Virus record (IMG/VR): IMGVR_UViG_3300042473_001368
Source of the DNA: a virus
Strand: one strand, 5' to 3'
Length of the DNA: 64,000 bases
How positions within the stretch are numbered: position 1 is the stretch's first letter; each line of letters begins with the position of its first letter. The position numbers and the translations under genes are program-made. Shown piece after piece: positions 10,148 through 18,673 of the stretch. Below the pieces are notes generated by a model. The model saw only the letters and a program-made list of their open reading frames with translations, was not told the origin of the DNA and did no database searches.

Positions 10148-10411
10148 ATGGAATATTTAGATAACCCAGTTTTTGACGAGACACCGAGAGCTCATCCAGC
10201 ATTTTGGAGAGGCAAATCTACAGGTATTAACGCGGTTCTTAAAATCGTAGCAGATGTTATGAACGGTGTTGATGATGGTTCGGGAACCAATAACCACGAG
10301 CAAATTGAAAGAATGAGAAGAGCTCTTTTCTCTTGGAAAGAGCGTGTTGATATTTCTTTTAAGGAAACAAAAGGCGGAAAAACTGGTTCTAAAGTTGAAA
10401 AAGAAGATTAA
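10148..10411 (+). CDS. Hypothetical protein
   Basis: 87 aa ORF filling the gap after the polymerase; TTGATT-N16-TAAGTA lies 5 nt upstream. Confidence 0.6.
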   Translation: MEYLDNPVFDETPRAHPAFWRGKSTGINAVLKIVADVMNGVDDGSGTNNHEQIERMRRALFSWKERVDISFKETKGGKTGSKVEKED

Positions 10412-10422
10412 TAGTTTATCAT
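10395..10422 (+). promoter_or_regulatory. Sigma70-type promoter TTGAAA-N16-TATCAT
   Basis: 9 nt upstream of ATG 10432. Confidence 0.5.
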
Positions 10423-10431
10423 TGATTTGTA

Positions 10432-10770
10432 ATGAGTGAGAAAATTAAAGTAATTATTGATCATATTGGTCGTACAGTTGTAGGTAAGCAAGTCGATGAG
10501 ACTGATACTACCCTAACACTTCGTAACCCTATCATCCTCCATGTTCAACCTAATCAGAGTCAACTGCAGGTACAATCCTTTCCATATATCTTTATGGAAT
10601 TGCTTAGCCCAGACTTTAAGACTTCTAATGACTGGACGTTTCAACGAGGTTCAATCGTAGAGTCTTCTGTTCAACTAGCTGAAGGTATTATCAAGCAGTA
10701 TGAGGCATTTAATTCGCCTCAACCAGTACAAGAGAGTGATGCTCCTGTGATTAAACTATTTGAAGATTGA
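10432..10770 (+). CDS. Hypothetical protein, possibly small beta-barrel (Sm-like)
   Basis: 112 aa with alternating beta-strand pattern (GRTVVGK...TLTLRNPIIL); fold call is inference. Confidence 0.55.
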   Translation: MSEKIKVIIDHIGRTVVGKQVDETDTTLTLRNPIILHVQPNQSQLQVQSFPYIFMELLSPDFKTSNDWTFQRGSIVESSVQLAEGIIKQYEAFNSPQPVQESDAPVIKLFED

Positions 10771-10793
10771 TAACTCACATCAATCTATAACCC

Positions 10794-10827
10794 AAAATCC
10801 TGCTAGTTTCTGCTAGCAGGATTTTTT
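10794..10827 (+). terminator. Rho-independent terminator
   Basis: 13-bp stem AAAATCCTGCTAG/CTAGCAGGATTTT, 6-nt loop, T tract. Confidence 0.9.
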
Positions 10828-10828
10828 G

Positions 10829-10836
10829 TATAAATA
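10829..10836 (+). promoter_or_regulatory. T4 late promoter TATAAATA
   Basis: Perfect consensus, 5 nt upstream of ATG 10842. Confidence 0.85.
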
Positions 10837-10841
10837 TCTAT

Positions 10842-11054
10842 ATGGACTTCGACGAAGCTGTACAAGAGATATTGAAAGAGAATTATGCAGATGGTAAAAA
10901 ACCAGGTCGTAAAGGTCTCGCAAAACGTAAAGGCGTTAACTGTAAGAAAAGTGTTACAGAGCTGAGACGTGTAGCTAAAAATAGTAGCGGAGAAAAGCAA
11001 CGAATGGCTCACTGGTGTGCTAACATGAAGAGCGGTCGTAAAAAGAAGAAATAA
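10842..11054 (+). CDS. Small basic late protein, putative internal head protein
   Basis: Own late promoter; acidic N-terminus ending ILKE followed by a K/R-rich body with two Cys and one His. Confidence 0.6.
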   Translation: MDFDEAVQEILKENYADGKKPGRKGLAKRKGVNCKKSVTELRRVAKNSSGEKQRMAHWCANMKSGRKKKK

Positions 11055-11057
11055 CAC

Positions 11058-11085
11058 TAGATTCCTCCATGTAGTATAATATAAT
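11058..11085 (+). promoter_or_regulatory. Sigma70-type promoter TAGATT-N16-TATAAT
   Basis: 7 nt upstream of the uvsX ATG. Confidence 0.65.
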
Positions 11086-11092
11086 CTACTAT

Positions 11093-12229
11093 ATGGCTAA
11101 AAGCGCAATTGAAAAAGAAGTAGAGTCAGCTTTGGACCTACTAGATGAAGCGAATCCTTATGCTACATGGCTTAATGAAAGCACACTGAGTAGAGTTGAT
11201 GATTGGATTGATACAGGTTCGTATGCATTAAATGCAATTATTTCTGGTTCGTGCTTTAAAGGTATACCAGCAGGACGTGTAACTGTACTAGCAGGTGAAT
11301 CACAAACCTTTAAGACAGGATTCTTAATGAGAATTCTTGCTAATGCACAACGGATGGGTAAACACATTGTTATCTTTGATAGTGAGAATGCTATTGACCC
11401 TGAGAGTGCAGAAGCTGCTGGTCTTGATGTATCTAAAGTAAAGTATGTACCGTGTAAGACTATTGAACAGACACGTAACTCGGTCTTTAATTTCTTAAAT
11501 CGAGTAGAAGAAAAGAAACTTGAAGGGCAGTTTGTTATTGCTGTTGACTCGCTTAGTAATTTACAGTCTGAAATGGACTTTAAACGAATGGATAAAGACA
11601 ATACTAGTCAAGATACTGGTACAAAAGCAAGAGCGATGAAGACGCTTATGCAGACATTAACAAATATGGGTGGCTTAACACGTACTACTGTTATTTGTAC
11701 TTCGCATGTTTATGACAATCCAATGGAGTTATTTCCATCGCTTGAGAAAAATATGCCAGGTGGTAAGTCAGTAATTTATCTACCATCTGTCACTGTTCAG
11801 ATTGCTCGTAAGCCAATGAAGGATGATGGCGGTAAGACAATTGATAAAACTATTGCTGTTGGTCAAAAGAGTTATAGTGGTATTTTGCTACGAGCTCTTA
11901 CTCGTAAGAATCGTTTCATTAAACAGTATCTTGAAGTTGAGATGTATCTTTCTTTCGCGAATGGTCTCAACAAATACTATGGATTGCTTGACTTGTTAGT
12001 TGGTTTTGGTATTGTTGTTCAGACAGGATCTACATATCAACTACCTGATGGCACAAAGCTTGGTTACTATAAGAACTTCAGAAAGAATACCGAACTTTGG
12101 GAAAATACATTTATACCAGAACTAGAAAAGAAGATCGCTATTGAGTGGAAGTATTCTTCGTCATCATCACAAGAGGAAGAAGATGAACTTGATGAGGTTC
12201 TGGAAGATATTGAAGATACAGAAGTATGA
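11093..12229 (+). CDS. uvsX: RecA-like recombinase UvsX
   Basis: DTGSYALNAIISG, GESQTFKT (UvsX-type Walker A), FDSENA, VDSLSNL, GGKSVIY. Confidence 0.93.
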   Translation: MAKSAIEKEVESALDLLDEANPYATWLNESTLSRVDDWIDTGSYALNAIISGSCFKGIPAGRVTVLAGESQTFKTGFLMRILANAQRMGKHIVIFDSENAIDPESAEAAGLDVSKVKYVPCKTIEQTRNSVFNFLNRVEEKKLEGQFVIAVDSLSNLQSEMDFKRMDKDNTSQDTGTKARAMKTLMQTLTNMGGLTRTTVICTSHVYDNPMELFPSLEKNMPGGKSVIYLPSVTVQIARKPMKDDGGKTIDKTIAVGQKSYSGILLRALTRKNRFIKQYLEVEMYLSFANGLNKYYGLLDLLVGFGIVVQTGSTYQLPDGTKLGYYKNFRKNTELWENTFIPELEKKIAIEWKYSSSSSQEEEDELDEVLEDIEDTEV

Positions 12230-12990
12230 AATCTAGAAAATTAATTTTATTATTAAGTGGAGGCATGGATTCGTCCGTGCTTCTGTTTATGGCTGGTAGA
12301 CAGGACTTTGCTGAAGTTCATACACTAACTCTCGATTATGGTCAACGCCATAATCGAGAGATTGAGTGTGTTAGTAAGCAGCTTAACGATGCTAAGTTGA
12401 AATACCCTAACACGATTTTTACAAATAAAGTGTTAGATGTAAAATACCTAAAAGATATTTCACCTACATCATCTTTAACTAATCTTGAGATTGATAACCC
12501 AGATATTAGTAAGATTGCAGGTGATGCTCAACCAGCTTCATATGTACCATTTAGAAATCAAATGTTTCTATCTATCTGTTGTGCGTATGCAGAAAGTATG
12601 CAAGCAGATACGATTTGGTATGGTGCAGCTCAAGTAGATTCACTTGCTGGTTACTGGGATACTACAGATTATTTCATTAGCTCGTTTAACAAGCTAATTT
12701 CGCAGAATAGAAAGCATCAAATTACAATCGAAGCTCCTTTACTTGAAATGAGTAAAGCTGATATTGTTAATGAAGGTATTGAATGTAATATCAACTTTGC
12801 TGATACATGGACATGCTATAGTAATAGAGAAGACGGATTGGCAGATGCTACCACTCCGTCTTCTAGTCTAAGGATTCGAGGCTTTATTGAAGCAGGTTAT
12901 CGAGATCCTATACAGTATGTTCAGCAAGATTCGTTAGACGAACTGTACCAAGCTAATAACTGTAGGGAATTACATCCCATAGTTTCTTAG
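12226..12990 (+). CDS. queC: QueC-like PP-loop ATPase (7-cyano-7-deazaguanine synthase family), Zn-site degenerate
   Basis: LSGGMDS PP-loop, DYGQRH, YVPFRNQMFLS, IEAPL, SKADIV, TWTCY; the later three Cys are absent. Confidence 0.85.
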   Translation: MKSRKLILLLSGGMDSSVLLFMAGRQDFAEVHTLTLDYGQRHNREIECVSKQLNDAKLKYPNTIFTNKVLDVKYLKDISPTSSLTNLEIDNPDISKIAGDAQPASYVPFRNQMFLSICCAYAESMQADTIWYGAAQVDSLAGYWDTTDYFISSFNKLISQNRKHQITIEAPLLEMSKADIVNEGIECNINFADTWTCYSNREDGLADATTPSSSLRIRGFIEAGYRDPIQYVQQDSLDELYQANNCRELHPIVS

Positions 12991-14379
12991 CTCAGCTAAT
13001 TGCTTCCATGTCTTAGGTTTCATCCGCTCTTTGAATGTCATAGTTTGAGGAGCGGCTTCCTGTTTATGTGATCTACGAGTCATGCCTTCAAGATATATGG
13101 ATGTATAACTTTCTGTAACACGCTTTTGTTTGAGAGCTCTCTTCATAGGCTCTTTTTCATTACCGTCTTTATCAAAGTCTAAATAGTCTGGTTTTGATTC
13201 TTCGTCTTCGTCTTCATCTTCATCTTCGCGGTCATAAGGTTCGTCACTGATACCCATCTCTCTACTTATACGTCTATCGCGTCTTCTTTTATTTAGCTCT
13301 CTTTCTCTCGCAATATCAGGACCATAGTCGTCATCACGATCGAACGGCCCGTCTTCCTCTTCAGCCTCCTCTTCTTCTCCTTCACGTTTACCGAAAGTAT
13401 CATGCACCATACTATCTAGTTTTTTATGAAACTTAGTCTCTTCACCTCTACTAGCGCCATATTCTTCGTCTTCAGAAACAGCTTTATCAGAGTGAAGATC
13501 AACAACGATTTGAGCCTCATCGATATCAGGTCTTGCTCTCATAACAAGACTCAAGATCATGTCTTCCGCGTCTTGCACTGATGTACCAAAAGAACCAGCA
13601 GGTCCTTCAACATTAACACCGCGACGTGTCTTCTCTGCTGTGTAATTAGGTTGTTTATTAAAGAACTTAACAAGTTTATCAACAAGGGTATCACGATCTT
13701 TGATCACACCGATATTAATATCGATATCATCGAAATTTAACTTTACGTCTTCTGCTCCTTTGAAGCCAATACCAGCAGCAACATCAGCTCTATCTACAAC
13801 TTCACGGTCAGCATCATCAAGAGTGTTTACAAGTATATCAACAGCAGATTGAACATCTGCTTCTTCGCCTTGAGCTGCAGCTTTAAGCGCAAGAGTCTGC
13901 TGCTTAGCTTCACCTGCAGCTTTTCTTTTTGCAGCAAGCTCAGCAGCTTGTGCAGCATATTTATCACGTCTACCACCGCTACCACCCTCGACTTTAGCAT
14001 TAGGCATCATATCTCTACCACGGTTAAGAGTAGAACGGTTAATATAATTTTCAAGCTCTGCAGGCATTTCCTCTTCAATACGGGCACTATTAGCTACAAT
14101 CTCACTGCTCTTAGCTTTAATAATTTCAAGAAGAGCGAGTTGCTTACCTTTAAATCCCTGTGCTTTAAGAACAGATCGTTCTTCATCATCACTAATAATA
14201 CCTAGCCCACTAAGAAATGTTGCAATAAACTTGACAGTGTCATATGGAGCAGAGCTCATACCACGAGTTGCCATAGACTTAGTAATACCTCCAAAAGATG
14301 GATGCGTACCTGCAAACGGAGATGTTTTAGCTTCGGTAATAAATCCATACCGTGTTAGTAGATTATCGAAAGATCTCAT
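12970..14379 (-). CDS. Highly charged late protein, putative internal head protein
   Basis: 469 aa, own TATAAATA promoter, FITE near the N-terminus and VTE near the C-terminus, long Glu/Asp-rich tract. Confidence 0.6.
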   Translation of the reverse strand: MRSFDNLLTRYGFITEAKTSPFAGTHPSFGGITKSMATRGMSSAPYDTVKFIATFLSGLGIISDDEERSVLKAQGFKGKQLALLEIIKAKSSEIVANSARIEEEMPAELENYINRSTLNRGRDMMPNAKVEGGSGGRRDKYAAQAAELAAKRKAAGEAKQQTLALKAAAQGEEADVQSAVDILVNTLDDADREVVDRADVAAGIGFKGAEDVKLNFDDIDINIGVIKDRDTLVDKLVKFFNKQPNYTAEKTRRGVNVEGPAGSFGTSVQDAEDMILSLVMRARPDIDEAQIVVDLHSDKAVSEDEEYGASRGEETKFHKKLDSMVHDTFGKREGEEEEAEEEDGPFDRDDDYGPDIARERELNKRRRDRRISREMGISDEPYDREDEDEDEDEESKPDYLDFDKDGNEKEPMKRALKQKRVTESYTSIYLEGMTRRSHKQEAAPQTMTFKERMKPKTWKQLAELRNYGM

Positions 14380-14387
14380 ATATCATA

Positions 14388-14395
14388 TATTTATA
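14388..14395 (-). promoter_or_regulatory. T4 late promoter TATAAATA
   Basis: 8 nt upstream of ATG 14379. Confidence 0.8.
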
Positions 14396-14418
14396 CAAGT
14401 GTAACAAAATTATTGAAT

Positions 14419-15051
14419 ATGTGTGCAATAGTATCTTCGAGTAACAAAGAAACATTTAAAGAGTTGTTAAAACACAACAATCATAGAGGTACATTCGCTT
14501 CTAGTTTAATTAAGATCGATCAAAAGAGCATAGATGTACATAAGTCGCAAGGTCTATTTGATGAAAACTTACTAGATTCTGAAGGCAACAAGCTATTTGT
14601 TGGTCATGTTCAAGCACCTACATCTGATGTACGTGAATGGAGTAAAGACACATCACATCCTTTTGAATCAGAAGAGTGGCTAGTAATACACAATGGTGTG
14701 TTAACGAACCATAAGGAACTAGACCTTAGCGTTAAAGTAGACACGCAGTGCGTAGTTGATATGTTACAACATGCATCAGAGCAAACGAAAGATTCTGAAG
14801 GTAACTGTATTAAATCTGTATGTGATAGATTGAAAGGTACATTTGCTTTGTTTATAGTAAACAAGAAAACGCGCGGAATGTATATATTACGTCAGGGTTC
14901 ATTATTACACTATAATGATAGCGGTGATGTATCATCACTCAGATATGATGGTATGAAGCTTCTTCAAGAAGGAACCATATTAAAATATCACCAAGGTAGA
15001 TGGTCGAATCATCTGACATTTACTTCTAGTTCTCCATTTTTATTTTTATGA
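14419..15051 (+). CDS. Class II (Ntn) glutamine amidotransferase domain protein
   Basis: Start refined to ATG 14419, giving the Cys2 nucleophile (MCAI); HRG, GHVQAPT, HPF, HNGVLTN and VDT motifs. Confidence 0.85.
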   Translation: MCAIVSSSNKETFKELLKHNNHRGTFASSLIKIDQKSIDVHKSQGLFDENLLDSEGNKLFVGHVQAPTSDVREWSKDTSHPFESEEWLVIHNGVLTNHKELDLSVKVDTQCVVDMLQHASEQTKDSEGNCIKSVCDRLKGTFALFIVNKKTRGMYILRQGSLLHYNDSGDVSSLRYDGMKLLQEGTILKYHQGRWSNHLTFTSSSPFLFL

Positions 15052-15707
15052 GTACATTTTTCTTCTCAGTAACAAAAGGTAAGAAAGAAGATACACTTCT
15101 TTTCAAGCACAACAGGCACGATTATGATATTTTCTTTGTAGAAGATAACACAAAACCTCTCGCAAAAGTATACAACAAAGCAATCGATTTCGCTATTAAA
15201 GAAGAAATCGATACACTTGTGTTGATGCATGACGACATTATTATCGAGTCTGATCTATTCAAGAAAATACCTGAATTGCAGACACAGTTCGATGTTATTG
15301 GCGTTGCAGGCACAACAGAGTGTAAGTTAGAACAACCAGCTTTATGGCATATAATGGGTGGAGGATTCCAAGGAGGCAAGCTTCATGGAGCTGTTGCTCA
15401 TATCAATGATGATAAAAAATATATGACAGCGTTCGGAGCATATCCGCATCGAGCTGTTCTTATAGATGGTGTTTTTATGGTTATCAAAAAGGAAGTGTTT
15501 ACATCTGTAAGATTTGATGAAGAGAATCCAGCAGGGTTTCACTTTTATGATCTTTCATATAGTCTTGAAGCACACAAACAAGGTTTTAAAGTCGGTGTTG
15601 GTGATATTACAATAACACACGCTTCACCGGGATTGAGAGAGTTTACAGAAGAGTTTAATAAAGGACAAGAGTACTTTCTGAATAAGTGGAAAAATGATAA
15701 TCGTTAA
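15048..15707 (+). CDS. GT-A fold glycosyltransferase (GT2-like)
   Basis: LAKVYNKAI, LVLMHDD, IGVAG, VLIDGVFM, RFDE...GFHFYD; overlaps the amidotransferase stop. Confidence 0.75.
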   Translation: MSTFFFSVTKGKKEDTLLFKHNRHDYDIFFVEDNTKPLAKVYNKAIDFAIKEEIDTLVLMHDDIIIESDLFKKIPELQTQFDVIGVAGTTECKLEQPALWHIMGGGFQGGKLHGAVAHINDDKKYMTAFGAYPHRAVLIDGVFMVIKKEVFTSVRFDEENPAGFHFYDLSYSLEAHKQGFKVGVGDITITHASPGLREFTEEFNKGQEYFLNKWKNDNR

Positions 15708-16146
15708 TAGCAGATTAAATTACGGCTCAAACTGGGAGTCGCCAGATGTTTATCTTTTTACAGGCAATAGTTATATTACTAAAAATAAAAAGCTTGTAAT
15801 GGGCCGTGGAGCTGCATTAGCGTGTAGAGATTTATTTAAGGATTGTGATAAGCAATTCGCATTTAAGATTCTTACAAGCAAGCATACTCCGAATTATTAT
15901 GTAGAGTTTGTTGAACTTGCTCCTAATAAACTATTAGGCGTGTTTCAGGTCAAATACAATTTTGCAGATAGTGCTGATATTGAGTTGATTAAAAAGAGCA
16001 CAGATAAGCTCACTCATATTGCTGTACAAAAACCAAATGTAACATTTCATATGAATTTTCCAGGTATTGGTTATGGAGGGTTACCACTTAATAGTGTATT
16101 ACCTATAGTTGATAAACTCCCAAACAACGTTATTCTATACAAGTGA
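15694..16146 (+). CDS. Macrodomain (ADP-ribose processing) protein
   Basis: N...VMGRGAA and FPGIGYGGL are the two Gly-rich macrodomain loops. Confidence 0.7.
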   Translation: MIIVNSRLNYGSNWESPDVYLFTGNSYITKNKKLVMGRGAALACRDLFKDCDKQFAFKILTSKHTPNYYVEFVELAPNKLLGVFQVKYNFADSADIELIKKSTDKLTHIAVQKPNVTFHMNFPGIGYGGLPLNSVLPIVDKLPNNVILYK

Positions 16147-17471
16147 GTAAATTAGATAATGACTTCTTTGAAAAGGTTTTATGTTATAAAGCACTTTCTG
16201 ATTCTACATATCTGGCATCAATTGCAGATTATGTAAAGCCAACATATTTTAAGGATAGTAACATTGGTGTTATCTTTAAAATAATTACAGCGTTCTATGA
16301 AAAGCGAAATAAGCTGCCAACGAATACTGAACTCAAGTCTTATTTAACAACTGATGAGCTTAAAGCTTCGTATCGTTCTGTGATCGAGTCATTGAGAGAT
16401 ATCGATAAGAATCTCGACAAAGATGAGTTGTATGATAACACAGAAAGATTCTTAAAGGAGAAAGCTGTATATAGCACCATGCTCGAAGTAGCAGGAGATA
16501 TGGCTTCTGGTGAAATAGATACATCTTCTATCTTACAAAAGATAGAAAAGTCGTGTAGTATAAATCTTGTAACTGATAAAGGTTTAGATCTCTACGGTGA
16601 TATAGATAGAATTATTGACGACTTACAAAATGTACAGCAAACTATTCCATCAAAATGGCCATGGTTAGATGATGCACTCAATGGTGGTTTTCTAAAAGAT
16701 GGAAGAGCATTATATATCTTTGCAGGTGAATCAAACATCGGTAAATCAATCTTCTTAGGTAACATTGCAGCTAATATCGCTAATCAAGGTAAGACTGTTC
16801 TTCTTGTAACCTTAGAGATGTCTGAGCTATTATACGCAAGACGTATATGTTCAAATATCACAAAAATTTCGATGAATGAACTTTCATCGAGTACAGCAAC
16901 GCTCAAAGCAATGCTGAGTGAGAATCATGATGATACAAAAGGTAGAATACTTATCAAAGAGTTTCCACCTTCGACTATCACACCGAATTATCTCAAAGGC
17001 TATATTAAGAAGATTACAGATACAGGTATTCGAATAGATGCAATTGTTCTTGACTATATTAACTTGATGCATTCTACAGTTGGTAATAACTCGTATGAAC
17101 GTATCAAATATATTGCTGAGCAAATACGCGCAATGTCATATACCTTTAACTGTCCGGTTATCTCAGCTACGCAGATTAATAGATCTGGCTTCAATACTGA
17201 GAATCCAGATATGACAACAATCTCTGAAAGTATTGGCTTGTGTGCTACTGCTGACTGTATTACATCTATCTTTCAAAATGAAGAAGATAGAGAACTAGGT
17301 GTAATCAGACTTGGTATGATGAAAAATCGTTATGGTGCTAGAGGTACAACTCAAGCAATGCGGATCGATTACTCGACTCTGTCTATATCACAGTCAGATG
17401 AAGACCCTGTCCTGCAGGAAGAATATAGTGATTCTACATTTAGAATCCTAGAAGCTCTAAGTGAAAAGTAG
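16143..17471 (+). CDS. gp41: DnaB-like replicative helicase
   Basis: GESNIGKS Walker A, TLEMSE, VLDYINL, SATQINR, ESIG, MKNRYG. Confidence 0.95.
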   Translation: MSKLDNDFFEKVLCYKALSDSTYLASIADYVKPTYFKDSNIGVIFKIITAFYEKRNKLPTNTELKSYLTTDELKASYRSVIESLRDIDKNLDKDELYDNTERFLKEKAVYSTMLEVAGDMASGEIDTSSILQKIEKSCSINLVTDKGLDLYGDIDRIIDDLQNVQQTIPSKWPWLDDALNGGFLKDGRALYIFAGESNIGKSIFLGNIAANIANQGKTVLLVTLEMSELLYARRICSNITKISMNELSSSTATLKAMLSENHDDTKGRILIKEFPPSTITPNYLKGYIKKITDTGIRIDAIVLDYINLMHSTVGNNSYERIKYIAEQIRAMSYTFNCPVISATQINRSGFNTENPDMTTISESIGLCATADCITSIFQNEEDRELGVIRLGMMKNRYGARGTTQAMRIDYSTLSISQSDEDPVLQEEYSDSTFRILEALSEK

Positions 17472-17501
17472 CAATTGATTGAACTCGGTGTAAATAAATT
17501 A

Positions 17502-18389
17502 ATGAACGTAGCAATATGGACAGATAATGATCTTGATGGTGCTGGGTCTGCATTAGCAATAAAACTAATGTATGGCTCATCTCCTGTTAACTTTACTATA
17601 CAAGATGTAAATGATAGTACATTTGCTGGTATGTATAGAAGCTGGTCAGATGCTAACTATGAATCTTTTGATAAAATATACATTCTCGATGTATGGGTTC
17701 CTGATGAAATCGTGAGTCTTGTTGATAGAGAAAAAGTCATTATTATTGACCATCACAAATCCCATGTTGATGTAAAGGACAGGTATAAAGTAGCAAAAGC
17801 TATCATTGAAGATTGTTCATCTTGCTGTAAACTTATTGTCGAAAAGTTTGATAGAATCTTTTCTAAGATTCTTACAGATAAACAAAGAGAGTTATTTAAG
17901 CTAGTTGATGACTATGATAGCTATACTCTCAAGTTTCCTGATACACTTAAGCTTAACTCTATCTATCATAGCTATAACGCACCAAAAGGAACCAAGTTCA
18001 TTGAGCGGTTCGCGAACGGATTAGGAGAATATACAGCATTTGAACAAAATGCATACAAGCTATTTTGCAACAAGCTAAAAGACGCTATTGAAAATGCAAC
18101 TTTCTTTAAAGGTACACTTAAAGGATACAATGTTATTAGTTGTGTGGCAAATAGCTGTATCAACGAGCTAGCACATTACTCTCTCAAGAAGTACAACGCA
18201 GATATTGCTATAGTCGTCAATACAACATCGTGTAAAGTTTCATTCCGTAAGAAGAAAAATAGCTGCACTATTCAGTTGAACAAGTTAGCTGAAATTTTAT
18301 GTAATGGTGGCGGTCACGAATATGCTGCTGGTGGAGAAATCACTGATAATTTCCTCAACTTTACTAAAACACTTTCGCCATGCATGTAA
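17502..18389 (+). CDS. DHH/DHHA1 phosphoesterase
   Basis: DNDLDG, ILD, IDHH and C-terminal GGGHEYAAGG; start refined to ATG 17502. Confidence 0.85.
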   Translation: MNVAIWTDNDLDGAGSALAIKLMYGSSPVNFTIQDVNDSTFAGMYRSWSDANYESFDKIYILDVWVPDEIVSLVDREKVIIIDHHKSHVDVKDRYKVAKAIIEDCSSCCKLIVEKFDRIFSKILTDKQRELFKLVDDYDSYTLKFPDTLKLNSIYHSYNAPKGTKFIERFANGLGEYTAFEQNAYKLFCNKLKDAIENATFFKGTLKGYNVISCVANSCINELAHYSLKKYNADIAIVVNTTSCKVSFRKKKNSCTIQLNKLAEILCNGGGHEYAAGGEITDNFLNFTKTLSPCM

Positions 18390-18673
18390 CAACAATAGCA
18401 AATCCATCGCAGAGTATTATAGATAGAGAAACTGAGCATATGTTGCTCAGTTATTGCTCTTATTGTACCCTTCTCAAAGGCAAAAAGCTTAGTTTTCAGA
18501 ATGTCTTTGTTTTAACTCTACAAGATGAACAATTACGAAATGTATTTAAAGAGTTAATAGGAGTTGATTCTAACATAGAAGTGTTTAAAATCTTTTTAGA
18601 GTACGATCCGACGATTACAAAGAGTAAGTATATCACGAAGTACCTAAACTCTAAAAAGAAACTATGTCCGTAA
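18380..18673 (+). CDS. Hypothetical protein
   Basis: 97 aa ORF overlapping both neighbours. Confidence 0.6.
   Translation: MHVTTIANPSQSIIDRETEHMLLSYCSYCTLLKGKKLSFQNVFVLTLQDEQLRNVFKELIGVDSNIEVFKIFLEYDPTITKSKYITKYLNSKKKLCP

Noticed and set aside
11093-12229. Walker A reading GESQTFKT instead of GxxxxGKT
   Set aside because: Phe at this position is normal for T4-type UvsX, so it is not an inactivating change.
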